DNA of 64,000 nt from Candidatus Thalassarchaeum betae (GTDB lineage: Archaea; Thermoplasmatota; Poseidoniia; Poseidoniales; Thalassarchaeaceae), in contig PSPG01000002.1 of the NCBI GenBank assembly GCA_003193925.1, positions 1 through 64,000 of the forward strand, in the 5' to 3' direction. Below the pieces are notes generated by a model, which saw only the letters and a program-made list of their open reading frames with translations, was not told where the DNA came from and searched no databases. The position numbers were made by a program, and so were the translations under genes. Positions 25,080-34,473 of this stretch are shown here, piece by piece. The number at the start of each line of letters is the position of its first letter. Position 1 is the stretch's first letter.

Positions 25080-25974
25080 GCGCGACTAGCGCCGAAGCCA
25101 GCAGCACAACGCCTACAGGAAGCCACCACTGCAGTCCCTCCAGCGGCTGCTCGCCTATATCGAGGCGGAGCGCCCCGAGGGTGCTCGGGCCTTGGCCGGA
25201 CAATTCGGTCTCGTGCACTGCCACGATGCTCAGTGAGTCGGCCGAGATGCCGCCGGGCAGGGTCAGAGTTCGCTGGAGGATCACTGACTCGGCGCCGATC
25301 TGCAGCTCAAGGGCCCCCCAACCGTCGTCGGGGGCGTACGACCAGTTCCCAAGGCCGCTGAGGGAGATCTCGCTGTAGGCGAAGGCGACATCATGGTGCT
25401 CGCGAATCCCGTTGATGGCCTCGCTATCCGTGATCTCGACGCTGTCACGGTTCACGAATAGGCTGATCTGCGTCTGCTCGAGGGCCGACCACTCGCTGAG
25501 AATCACCGAGATGGAGATCGAATTCGCGCCGATCGGGGCTGCTGACAAGATCAGTTTGGTGTCGCTGCTCCGGTCGCCCTCCGCTCCCAGCAGCTCCCTG
25601 TGCAGGCTCGCGCGGTCGGGAGCGCCGCCCGCGAGCAGGGAGCCGTCAAACCAGAACGAGGGGGCCGACGGAGAGCCGTCGGTGTACCTCTGGATCCGGT
25701 AGTCTGTGACCGGAGTGCCCAGTGGGTCCTCGAAATTGTCGTGGAGGGCGACCCTGGCGACCCTGTTGCCGTTCGCCTCAGTGAACTCTGGCATCCACGG
25801 GTCCACAGTGGCGCAGATCTCGCACCAAGCCGCAGTGAACTGCTCCATCAGCACCGTGTGTCCGCCTGCGGCGGACCATCCGCCCTCGGAGTCGTCCTGA
25901 GCCGCGATGGGTGTGGGGAGCAGCACGAGGGCGGCTAGGACGAGCGCTGCGCGGCTCCGGCCCGATGTTAGCAT
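25057..25974 (-). CDS. Secreted, C-terminally anchored thioredoxin-fold protein (Omp28-like)
   Basis: Signal peptide; VLMEQFTAAWCEIC (CxxC); APSFWFDG cis-Pro-like motif; C-terminal TM. Start revised to ATG 25974. Confidence 0.7.
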   Translation of the reverse strand: MLTSGRSRAALVLAALVLLPTPIAAQDDSEGGWSAAGGHTVLMEQFTAAWCEICATVDPWMPEFTEANGNRVARVALHDNFEDPLGTPVTDYRIQRYTDGSPSAPSFWFDGSLLAGGAPDRASLHRELLGAEGDRSSDTKLILSAAPIGANSISISVILSEWSALEQTQISLFVNRDSVEITDSEAINGIREHHDVAFAYSEISLSGLGNWSYAPDDGWGALELQIGAESVILQRTLTLPGGISADSLSIVAVHETELSGQGPSTLGALRLDIGEQPLEGLQWWLPVGVVLLASALVALTGLSRR

Positions 25975-26027
25975 CGTGCAAGGCACGGCGTTCCCCTTTG
26001 ATAACCCAATGGCCTGAAGCCCATCAC
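25975..26027. promoter_or_regulatory. Probable bidirectional promoter shared by the Omp28-like gene and rlmE
   Basis: A single AT core TTTGATAA (25997-26004) centred 27 bp from both divergent start codons (25974 and 26028). Confidence 0.55.
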
Positions 26028-26774
26028 ATGAGCAAGCGGCGGTATCAGGACAACAAGCGCGACGCCTGGCATCGGATAGCCCGTTCCAAGGGCTATCGAA
26101 CACGCTCCGCGTACAAGCTCAAGCAGATACAGGAGCGCTTCGGGATCCTGCGTGAGGGCGACGTGGTGCTGGACGTGGGCTGCCATCCCGGCGGCTGGAC
26201 CCAGGTAGCCGTCGAAGAGGTCCGGGAAGGCGGCTTGGTCGTCGGCGTCGACCTGCTCGCGACCTCTCCTGTCGAGGGGGCTCGGATCATCATCGGGGAC
26301 ATCACGGATGAGGTGACGATAGGGCAGATACGGGACTCCCTCGGTGAGCGGGAACTAAACGTGGTCATAAGCGACATCTCGCCCAATCTGACGGGTCGCT
26401 ATGATACCGACCAGACTATCTCGCTGGAACTCTCCACCATGGTGCTGGACGCTTCGATGCAGTTCCTTCCGCCCGGCGGCTGCTTCGTGACGAAAATCTT
26501 TCAGGGAACCGGGATAGAGGGGCTGATCGATGCTGCGAGGGACCGCTTCTCCAACGTCCAGAGGTTCGCCCCAACCGCAAGCAGGAGCGCTTCCTCGGAG
26601 ACTTACCTGATCTGCCAGAACAGGCTCCCTCGGCCACGCGACCGGACTCGGGGCAAGACGGCCTTGGAGCAGGTCCAGCTGCATCTCTCAGAATTAGGAG
26701 TGGTCGTTGAGGAAGAGGTGGATGAGCCCCCCACTAAGGTGGGTTTCAGACGATTGCAGAAACGCGAGGAGTAG
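26028..26774 (+). CDS. rlmE: 23S rRNA 2'-O-methyltransferase RlmE/FtsJ
   Basis: GYRTRSAYKL, DVGCHPGGW, VISDISPNLTG, TKIFQG, SRSASSETY. Start ATG 26028. Confidence 0.94.
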   Translation: MSKRRYQDNKRDAWHRIARSKGYRTRSAYKLKQIQERFGILREGDVVLDVGCHPGGWTQVAVEEVREGGLVVGVDLLATSPVEGARIIIGDITDEVTIGQIRDSLGERELNVVISDISPNLTGRYDTDQTISLELSTMVLDASMQFLPPGGCFVTKIFQGTGIEGLIDAARDRFSNVQRFAPTASRSASSETYLICQNRLPRPRDRTRGKTALEQVQLHLSELGVVVEEEVDEPPTKVGFRRLQKREE

Positions 26775-26808
26775 TGAACACTTTCACCCCCCTTCGGAGA
26801 CTTACAGT

Positions 26809-27261
26809 TCACTCAGAGTCCCTGTCGTAGGGAACGATGTTCTGCCACTCTGAGGCGTCCGACCTGGCTACCAAGGCGTGGACCCAGTCGGTTTCTGAGC
26901 AGTTGAAGACCTCGTGAGGCAGTCCCGGCTCGATATAGAACATGTCACCCGCGTTGTGGACCACTGACTTCCTGCAGCCGGGCCCGTACTCGTGCCTCAC
27001 ACTGCCCTTGAGGAGGAATATCATCACGTCGAAGCCAACGTGGATGTGAGCCTTCGCTACCCCTCCCGGAGGGATGTAGGCCCTGTTCATCGACAGTCCC
27101 GTCGAAGTCGTGTTCTTACCGGACAGGCCCGCGCCGTACTCGATATTGTTCCAACCGCGGACCTTCTCGATCTGCCTGAGACTCCATATCCCGCCTTCGT
27201 CAGTCACGAACCTATCGAGGTCCACCTGCTCGCCTGTCAATGAGATCTCACCCTCGCTCAT
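26809..27261 (-). CDS. Cupin-domain protein
   Basis: Cupin motifs IPPGGVAKAHIH and GDMFYIEPGLPH. Start ATG 27261 follows GGTGGAAG. Confidence 0.8.
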   Translation of the reverse strand: MSEGEISLTGEQVDLDRFVTDEGGIWSLRQIEKVRGWNNIEYGAGLSGKNTTSTGLSMNRAYIPPGGVAKAHIHVGFDVMIFLLKGSVRHEYGPGCRKSVVHNAGDMFYIEPGLPHEVFNCSETDWVHALVARSDASEWQNIVPYDRDSE

Positions 27262-27403
27262 GCTTCCACCGCGCTTGGGTGGGGGTGCTGGCTTTGAATA
27301 CATGCTCGGGTCGGAATCGCCCTACTGCTCCGATGTCGCCGGGCTTTGACTCGGTCAACGCTAAAAGGGGGGTGTGGTTCGGCCGCCTCACCGAGGAAGA
27401 GCG

Positions 27404-27571
27404 ATGTCAGGAAGAGCAGTTGACTGTACCTCATCGGGCCTCCCGCTGGTGAGCAGGAGGAGCACTGCCTTCCCCTGCCCCGAATGCGGCAATTCGATTG
27501 GTCGTAGCGAGAGGTGCAGGGTCCAGGGAGTCTTGTACATCTGCACCGACTGCGGCTTTCAAGGTCCTTGA
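27404..27571 (+). CDS. Small zinc-finger protein (DUF1610 / HVO_2753 family)
   Basis: FPCPECG...YICTDCGFQGP end; directly upstream of EF-1beta, the conserved archaeal arrangement. Confidence 0.85.
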   Translation: MSGRAVDCTSSGLPLVSRRSTAFPCPECGNSIGRSERCRVQGVLYICTDCGFQGP

Positions 27572-27587
27572 GAGAGGGTGATGAGAA

Positions 27588-27854
27588 ATGGGGCATGTTG
27601 TTGTAAAGTACAAGGTCACTATCAACCAGTCCGATGAGGGCAGTCCGGATTACGATGGCATAGCCGGTCGGATAGACGGCTTTGATGAGGTTCAGGCCGT
27701 GGAGGTCAAGCCCCTGGCCTTCGGGATGATGTTCATCGAGGTTCAGGCTGTTCTGGGCGAAGGCGACGGAATCGTAGATGCCTTCGAGGACAAAGTCCGT
27801 GAAATCGACCCTCTAGTGGAGCGGATAGAGGCCCTTGAGATGGGGCGACTCTGA
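27588..27854 (+). CDS. ef1b: Translation elongation factor 1-beta
   Basis: MGHVVVKYKV...VKPLAFGM...; 88 aa; GGTGA SD-like element upstream. Confidence 0.9.
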   Translation: MGHVVVKYKVTINQSDEGSPDYDGIAGRIDGFDEVQAVEVKPLAFGMMFIEVQAVLGEGDGIVDAFEDKVREIDPLVERIEALEMGRL

Positions 27855-27861
27855 GTCCCGT

Positions 27862-29259
27862 CTAGTAGTGGTCCAGAGGAGACCGCATGAGCTCGCGCAT
27901 GAGCACGGTAGCGTAGGTGCCGGGCGGCAGGGTGAACCGGAGTCTGAGACTGGCCCCGTCGGGATGCCACAGGTCACCCTCCCGAGGACCCTGCTCCCAC
28001 TTCCCGGAGAGCGAGGAATCCGAGACCTCGGGGGCCTCTTCGACCGAGAATGACTGGAACGGGACCGACAGCGGCCTGCGGGTTCCCGAGGAAGTCAGCC
28101 TCGGGATCCTGGGCACCATCCAACTGACGTCGGACAGACCTGTGTCCTCTAGGGCCTGCTGCTCCAGCTCGCCTGGCAGGCCCTCGGCGAAGGATGCGCT
28201 TTTGCCGGGCAGCGGGCCGGTGACTGCGAGCCTGCCCAACTGGCAGTTCCTCCTGCACCTGTCGAGATTGGACTCGCTCACAAACGCCATCTTGGATACC
28301 TCGATCCTGCCGTTGGGCTGGACAGGAGCCACCAAGTCGCCGATGACCGGCTCAATAATGGAGAGATCCGCAGCCAGTCGGGCTGCGAGAGCGTGGTTGA
28401 AGGTGAGGGACTGCAGAGAGTGGATCGTCAGCAGCTGCAGCGAGTGAGGAAGGCTCCTGTAGGCCCTGAGCCAGTCTTCCGGGTCCTTCAGCAGGCTCTC
28501 GAGGATCCCCCTCTCGTATCCCAGATAGCGGGGTATGACCTCCAGGCAGCCTTTGGGGTCCTTGGTATCTCGCCACTTCGCCCTGAAGACGGCGACGTCC
28601 CCGCTCGAGTTCTGACCCTTCATCCCGAGATAGAGATCGCAGGCCTTCTCGTAGTCGTCCTCGAGTACGGCCCTTCCGACCTCCGGAGTCACTGGCCTCG
28701 TGGCCCCGAACCTCTGTGGCCCTATCCAGTTGGGGAATGCGTCGGCACCCATCTTCTCGGCCATTCGCGACCTGATGTCGTTCATCCTCCTCATCGCTTC
28801 CTTGCCGTCTATGGGATTGCCCTCGGAGTCACAGCAGCCGCGGACGGTGATCGTGAACCTGTTTCCATCGTGATCGCCCATACCGACCTTCTGGTGGGTC
28901 CGGCCGATCACCTCAATCACCGAGTCACTGATCTCGACCCCCTCGACCTTGCCCTGAGGAGCGTCGACCACCAGGATCTGGGTGGTGACGGCGCGCTTGT
29001 CCTTCATGCCCGATGAGAAGACCCTCCTCCGACTGATGCCGCATGCGTTGGCCAGGCGCTTGAGGAAGCGATTGGTCTCCCAGTTGGTCAGAGAGGCTCG
29101 AACGACGGTGAATCGGCCCTTTGGGTCGAGGGCGGGTATCTTCGCCATCTCCTCCACTCGGAAGTCCTCGATCCGCGACTTGAGGATGCCACCGGTGCCC
29201 TCGCCCGTGGAGGCCCAGCCGATCAGACCCAGATGCTCCTCGATAGAGCGCTCAGCCAC
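27862..29259 (-). CDS. truD: tRNA pseudouridine(13) synthase TruD
   Basis: EDFRVEE, GMKDKRAVTTQ, GNRFTITVR, PNWIGPQRFG, FTLPPGTYAT. Start revised to GTG 29259 after SD GGTGAGG. Confidence 0.93.
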   Translation of the reverse strand: MAERSIEEHLGLIGWASTGEGTGGILKSRIEDFRVEEMAKIPALDPKGRFTVVRASLTNWETNRFLKRLANACGISRRRVFSSGMKDKRAVTTQILVVDAPQGKVEGVEISDSVIEVIGRTHQKVGMGDHDGNRFTITVRGCCDSEGNPIDGKEAMRRMNDIRSRMAEKMGADAFPNWIGPQRFGATRPVTPEVGRAVLEDDYEKACDLYLGMKGQNSSGDVAVFRAKWRDTKDPKGCLEVIPRYLGYERGILESLLKDPEDWLRAYRSLPHSLQLLTIHSLQSLTFNHALAARLAADLSIIEPVIGDLVAPVQPNGRIEVSKMAFVSESNLDRCRRNCQLGRLAVTGPLPGKSASFAEGLPGELEQQALEDTGLSDVSWMVPRIPRLTSSGTRRPLSVPFQSFSVEEAPEVSDSSLSGKWEQGPREGDLWHPDGASLRLRFTLPPGTYATVLMRELMRSPLDHY

Positions 29260-29272
29260 GCCCTCACCGCCT

Positions 29273-29530
29273 TCACAGTTTAAGTTTGGACAGTTCCTTG
29301 GAGATGTCCGAGCAGAGGCTCTTGAACACCTTCTCGGCACTCTTGCCCTCAACGGTCCTGACGTATAGTTCCGGCTCGTCGAGGTCGGGGTGCTTCTGGA
29401 AGTAGTTCGAGTACTCGACATCCTTGTTCTCGTTCAGTCTGAGACGGAACAGCTGGAGCGTCGTGTGACTCTCCCCGGCGATTCGCAGGCGCAGTTCGCG
29501 GCCTTCGTTCTTGAGTACCTTTACCGACAT
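29273..29530 (-). CDS. rpoL: DNA-directed RNA polymerase subunit L (Rpo11)
   Basis: GESHT...VEYSNY...HP pattern; 85 aa from ATG 29530. Confidence 0.85.
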   Translation of the reverse strand: MSVKVLKNEGRELRLRIAGESHTTLQLFRLRLNENKDVEYSNYFQKHPDLDEPELYVRTVEGKSAEKVFKSLCSDISKELSKLKL

Positions 29531-29641
29531 TTGACAGCCGCTCGACCGGCCCGTCCCTTTTGAGGGCTTTCCCATCTATGTTGGACCCGGCAGGGTCCAA
29601 GTGGAGCCTAAGTTATACAGGGAGTGGTTTTGGCCGCGGCA

Positions 29642-32242
29642 ATGGCGAATGGCGCCTCGTCGAGGGAGTCCCTTGCCCGGACCTTCGAGAGAATGGCTCT
29701 CCCGATAGTGGTTGTGAGCATCCTGATGACGGTTGCCATGGCTGATCAGCTCCTAAACGATTTCCCGGGATTCACGACCGATCTCGACTCGTTCGCCCCC
29801 GAGACTGAAACTGATGCAGCCGAGAAGAGGATGGGCGAGGTCATGGATGCCTCACCGCACATGATCTACATCCACGTCGAGCCTTACATCAAGTCTGCTG
29901 ACGGCGGCAATGAGTGCGACGAGATCGTATGTAACGTGTTGGAGTTCGGGGCCCTCCAGCAGCTCTCCGATGACTTGAGCAGGATCGAGAACTACTCCGC
30001 TGCAAATGGGAACTTCATCGTGGCGCACCTGAATGTCGCTGATATACTCGAGAGGGCGCTCGAGGAGAGGGATGAGCAAGGTCGCGCCCTAGCCGACTTC
30101 AACGACTGGGAGGAGTTTCTGGGTGCTGTCACGGACGGGGAGAAATGCACAGACGCGATCGGCAACGACCAGGCCATCGCCTCGGCCTCGTTCGCCGCAT
30201 CTGCGATGCTCCACACCGACCTCGACTACGAACCTGTGTGTGAGTGGTTGGACACCGGCGAGGGCGACCCCACCCCGAGCGCGTCCAGCACGATGTGGGC
30301 TATCGAGATCAGCGGTGAGATCAGCGACGATGAGCGTCAGGAGGAGTCATCCAGAATACGGGACCTGCTTACTGCGAAGCACCCTCTGGGCGACGACTCC
30401 GCCCTGAAGTACGGCGTCATCTCGGACGACCTGATCAGCCACGACATCAACGAGTCGACCTTGGACAACCTAGTCTGGCTGCTGCTCATCGCCGTCATGG
30501 TCGTGGTCTTGCTGCTGGCAGTGGCGTTCCGCTCCTTCATGATGGTCGCAGCCCCTCTGCTGGGGCTCTCGGCCGCTCTAGTCTGGACCTATGGTATCAT
30601 GACAGTCATCGGCGTGCGATTCTCGGTTCTCGAGGTCGCTGTGGCCCCGGTTGTATTGGGTCTGGGCATCGACTACTCGATTCACTTGCAACGTGGCTAT
30701 GAGGAGGCCAAGAGCCGGTACGCGAGTGCCGCGCGGGCTTGGGTCGAGTCAGTATCCGTTCTGCGTTTGGCTCTCTCGCTGGCTGTGGTCACCACGGTCT
30801 TCGCCTTCCTCGCTAACTCGTTCTCCGAACTCCCTCCGCTGCGTACCTTCGGATTCACTCTGGCCCTAGGCGTGATTTCGGCCTTCGTGGTAAGCACCGT
30901 CTCCGTCGGAGCGGTGCATGTATTGGTGGAGAAGACGGCTGGTGAGATGCAGCACCGCAGCCTGCAGATGGAGAGGATGGCCGACTTGGCCACTCGGTTC
31001 CAAAGGAGGAATACCGCGAGAGTCCTGCTGGTCGTCGCACTGATCACCATGGGCTCGGTGATAGTAGCGATCAGGGAGCTCGACACCAGTTTCGAGCTGA
31101 CTGACTTCCTCTCAGAGGATGGCGTAGAGATCATTGAAGTCAGGAACGACATGTACGATTCCTACGAAGCGGCGGCTTGGAAGTCGGTCATCATACTGAT
31201 CGAGCCGGCCCCGGGCAGGGATGCCCTGACAGGCGAGAAAGACCTGTTGAAGGGACTCGGGTTCTTCGATGACAGGATAGCCGGCATTCCAGAGGTGGTC
31301 AATCCGACGAACACCGATTCGCAGCGGCCGTCTTACGATGGGCTCCATCCGATCCTGCGAGACGCCGTCGAGAACGACCCATCGTTCGGCGAGTCCTACC
31401 ACTTCGGGATATTCGACGGCGAGTTTGGCGTCGCTGATGGGTTCGAGGAGGGTGACCTGATGGGAGCCGTCACGGCCTTGATGGCCAACGACTCGGCAGG
31501 AGACGGACTCAGAGGACTCACATGGGCTGAGAGAATCGGGATGCATGTCGCACTGACCGAGGACGGTCAGTCCCTACTGTATCTCAAGATGAGAGTGGAT
31601 GTGTTAGTCAGGACCAGTGTCGAGGCTCAAGAGGTAGCGGACGTGTTCCTGAAGCAGGCTCAATTGCTGGAGGAGGACGGTCTGGTAGGAGGAGAGGTTT
31701 ACGTCTCCGGCGATGTCATCGTTCTGAACAACGTGCTCTCGGGGCTGGTGGTATCCCAAGTTGAGTCGACGACGATCAGTCTGTTTGTATCCATGTTGGT
31801 GCTGATACTCCTAACCCGCAAACTGGGGCAGTCGCTGGTGGTCATCCTGCCGGTCGGCCTGGCAGGTGCTTGGGTGGTCGGGGCAATGGCCATGCTGGGA
31901 CTGAACTGGAACGTCCTGACAATCATGATCACCGCACTCACGATCGGCCTGGGCATCGACTACTCGATTCACGTATGGAGGCGTTTCGAGGCGAACCGCC
32001 TCTCTGGCATGGGGACCTGGCAGGCCATGCGCGACATGTACGCCACCACGGGGACCGCGCTGCTGCTGTCAGCTGGTACGACGATCTGCGGATTCCTTGT
32101 ACTGATGCTGTCCCCGATTCCGGTCATTCAGGACTTCGGCATCGTGAGCTCGATCTCGGTTCTGTTCTCGCTGATGATGGCGCTGCTAGTGCTCCCCGGC
32201 CTGCTGGCCGCCGAAGTCCGCTCAGTAAACGACTACAGCTGA
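29642..32242 (+). CDS. Second MMPL/RND-family membrane transporter
   Basis: Two GLGIDYSIH motifs and duplicated TM bundles with large extracellular loops. Confidence 0.88.
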   Translation: MANGASSRESLARTFERMALPIVVVSILMTVAMADQLLNDFPGFTTDLDSFAPETETDAAEKRMGEVMDASPHMIYIHVEPYIKSADGGNECDEIVCNVLEFGALQQLSDDLSRIENYSAANGNFIVAHLNVADILERALEERDEQGRALADFNDWEEFLGAVTDGEKCTDAIGNDQAIASASFAASAMLHTDLDYEPVCEWLDTGEGDPTPSASSTMWAIEISGEISDDERQEESSRIRDLLTAKHPLGDDSALKYGVISDDLISHDINESTLDNLVWLLLIAVMVVVLLLAVAFRSFMMVAAPLLGLSAALVWTYGIMTVIGVRFSVLEVAVAPVVLGLGIDYSIHLQRGYEEAKSRYASAARAWVESVSVLRLALSLAVVTTVFAFLANSFSELPPLRTFGFTLALGVISAFVVSTVSVGAVHVLVEKTAGEMQHRSLQMERMADLATRFQRRNTARVLLVVALITMGSVIVAIRELDTSFELTDFLSEDGVEIIEVRNDMYDSYEAAAWKSVIILIEPAPGRDALTGEKDLLKGLGFFDDRIAGIPEVVNPTNTDSQRPSYDGLHPILRDAVENDPSFGESYHFGIFDGEFGVADGFEEGDLMGAVTALMANDSAGDGLRGLTWAERIGMHVALTEDGQSLLYLKMRVDVLVRTSVEAQEVADVFLKQAQLLEEDGLVGGEVYVSGDVIVLNNVLSGLVVSQVESTTISLFVSMLVLILLTRKLGQSLVVILPVGLAGAWVVGAMAMLGLNWNVLTIMITALTIGLGIDYSIHVWRRFEANRLSGMGTWQAMRDMYATTGTALLLSAGTTICGFLVLMLSPIPVIQDFGIVSSISVLFSLMMALLVLPGLLAAEVRSVNDYS

Positions 32243-32243
32243 G

Positions 32244-32855
32244 TCAGGCCTCTATGGCTAGGCTGACTTCGTGCATGTCCAGACCCTGCTCCCGGGCAAC
32301 CAACGCGAGCGCCATCCACAGGGTCACCGGGCCCAGCGCTCTTCGCTTTCGCTGGGCCCGACGCATGACCTCCTTGTTGTCCAGACCTGACTTCTCGCCT
32401 ATCATGGATATTAGGCTCGGTATGCTGCCTTCTGCCCCGTCGGGCGGCATGGAGGTCGGCTTGGGGTCGGATATCAGTGGCATGGGCTGCCGCTTGGGCA
32501 GTGGCGGCTCGACTGCCGCCTCACTGGGTCCCGGGGGCTTCTGGGGCGCTTCCATCCGGAGGGGTGGTCGCTCGAAGTGGGGCGGGTCGGCCATGCTCCT
32601 CGCTATGGGACGCCAGCCCAATGGCGGACGAGCGAGTTCGAGACCCGCAACTGGTGCCAATCTGCCTTCAACCTCAACGAGCCAGCCCCTCTCGCAGAGC
32701 ATGCCTGTTATCAGATCGGCCTCCTCGGGCGTGAACCACTGCAGTTCCAACGACCAGATGCGTGAAAGTTCCTCGCGCGCTGCAGAATCCCGTGGGAGTC
32801 CGGCCATGCTCATCTGCAGCAGGCGCCCGATCTCCTGCTCGTGGCCTTGTGACAT
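32244..32855 (-). CDS. Conserved archaeal protein, DUF2240-like
   Basis: SLELQWFTPEEADLITGMLCERGWL N-terminal motif, Pro-rich linker and helical C-domain. Start ATG 32855. Confidence 0.65.
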   Translation of the reverse strand: MSQGHEQEIGRLLQMSMAGLPRDSAAREELSRIWSLELQWFTPEEADLITGMLCERGWLVEVEGRLAPVAGLELARPPLGWRPIARSMADPPHFERPPLRMEAPQKPPGPSEAAVEPPLPKRQPMPLISDPKPTSMPPDGAEGSIPSLISMIGEKSGLDNKEVMRRAQRKRRALGPVTLWMALALVAREQGLDMHEVSLAIEA

Positions 32856-32971
32856 CAGCCCCTCCGGAGGGGTGACTGAGTCGAGGCGCTGTTTGATGGT
32901 TGCCTCTGTAATTACGCACGATATTGCATTCCATTCAAGAGAGGCGGCGCATTGCGCGGGCCGAGGCGAAG

Positions 32972-34183
32972 ATGGCGAGGGAATACATCGCGCGTGACCC
33001 ACGCACGGACAGACCGATCAGGAGGCAGCGATTGGATGGCCATGTTGACATCCGCGGGCTCCTCCCCAGTACCGGCCCGTGGCAGAGGATTCCGGTTCAC
33101 GAGATTCTTCCATTGGCCCGAGGAGAGTCGGATGGCTTGGAGTTGTCTAGGAGCGCCGGAGGGGGATTCGTTCGCAGGAGTGATGCGATCAAAGCACTTC
33201 ACCGGGTCTTTGAAAGCCAGGTCGATCTGGCCCATCAGACTCTGCTGGATGCCCTCGATGACGATGATTCCGAGATCAGGATAGCCTCTCTGGAGATTCT
33301 GCCGATCTTCGCGCTGAAGAAGCACGAAAATCTTCTGCACTGTCTCTCCGACCGTCTGCTCGAGGATGATCCACAGGTCATAGCGGCGGCTCGAGAGTGC
33401 TTCATCAGGGTCGCCCCGGTGTTCCCCTCGGGCTGTGAGAACATCCTTCGCAGGGAGTTGCGTGACACGAGGACGGATCATCGCGCCAATGCCTTCGAGA
33501 CCCTTCGTCGGACTGCCGAGAACTGGCCAGAGGCAGGGTGCCTTCACCTCGACGAGCTGATTCGCGAGGAGGACGTCGACCTCCGAAGGCGCGGCTCGCT
33601 CATTCTGAGGGCCATCGCCGCCAATGCAGGTGCCACTGGGTGGGACCTGATCGGATGGTCACTGGAGGACGAGGACGCCCAAGTGAGAAGGAACGCCTCC
33701 TATACCCTCACGACCCTTACCAGAACCGAGCCCAGAATAGCGACTATCTTCATCGAGTCCGCCATCATGGACGACGACGCGGGAGTGAGGAAGTCGGTCA
33801 TAAGAGCGCTGAAGAGGCTCGACATGCAAAATCCCCGGGTTACCAAGATGATTATCGATGGTGCCAGAAGCAGGGATTACACACTGCGCAAGGCGTGCAT
33901 CGACCAACTGTCGATCATGCTGAGCGGTGACACGCTGAGGGAGACGGCTGCCGAACTCCTGCGCCATGAGACCCGCCCCGACCTGTGCAAGAGGCTGACC
34001 TCGCTGGCGAAGGACGTGGAGATGGAGGGCTCCGAAGAGGAGAAGAACCGGTTCCTAGCCCCCCTGGACAAGGTGGAGCCATTGGTAGAGGAGTTCGATG
34101 CACCGCGCAGCGGTGAGGCCACTCCAGAGGGCGAACATGATAAACAGCGGTCAGGTCGGCCGCACAGCGAGGACTCAGCATGA
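32972..34183 (+). CDS. HEAT-repeat (alpha-solenoid) protein
   Basis: Periodic DxDxxVRxxA-type repeats: DDDSEIRIAS, EDVDLRRRG, DEDAQVRRNA, DDDAGVRKSV. Confidence 0.8.
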   Translation: MAREYIARDPRTDRPIRRQRLDGHVDIRGLLPSTGPWQRIPVHEILPLARGESDGLELSRSAGGGFVRRSDAIKALHRVFESQVDLAHQTLLDALDDDDSEIRIASLEILPIFALKKHENLLHCLSDRLLEDDPQVIAAARECFIRVAPVFPSGCENILRRELRDTRTDHRANAFETLRRTAENWPEAGCLHLDELIREEDVDLRRRGSLILRAIAANAGATGWDLIGWSLEDEDAQVRRNASYTLTTLTRTEPRIATIFIESAIMDDDAGVRKSVIRALKRLDMQNPRVTKMIIDGARSRDYTLRKACIDQLSIMLSGDTLRETAAELLRHETRPDLCKRLTSLAKDVEMEGSEEEKNRFLAPLDKVEPLVEEFDAPRSGEATPEGEHDKQRSGRPHSEDSA

Positions 34184-34464
34184 GCGACGAGTTTGATGAC
34201 AAGCTGGAGTGCTTCGAGCGTCTCTGGGAAGGCGTCACACCGAAGGGAGTGAACCGCAGCAAGGGGCTGAAGTTCAGGCAGTACATGCGCCAGCACGTCC
34301 TCCAGAAGTTTCACAAGAGGAGGAAGAACCAGTTCGCATCCGCCGACAAGGGCCACTACAATCATAGTTTTTCGAGCAAGGATCAGTATCTCACGAAGGA
34401 GAACTGCCGCAAGTACTGGATGGGCGAGCTGCAGAGGGAAATCCGCGATTCGGAAACCTTCTGA
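34180..34464 (+). CDS. Small hypothetical protein, translationally coupled to the HEAT gene
   Basis: ATGA start/stop overlap at 34180-34183; host-like codon usage; fills the gap before the helicase. Confidence 0.7.
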   Translation: MSDEFDDKLECFERLWEGVTPKGVNRSKGLKFRQYMRQHVLQKFHKRRKNQFASADKGHYNHSFSSKDQYLTKENCRKYWMGELQREIRDSETF

Positions 34465-34473
34465 GGCGATACT

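Noticed and set aside
29260-29421. Apparent TruD extension or RpoL-TruD frameshift fusion
   Set aside because: rpoL has its own stop at 29273, and truD has an SD and GTG at 29259.
32972-34183. HEAT protein as an adaptin large-subunit homologue partnering the MHD-like protein
   Set aside because: The repeats are generic HEAT/PBS type, common in prokaryotes, and the gene is 8 kb away. Nothing in the sequence supports a specific adaptin relationship.
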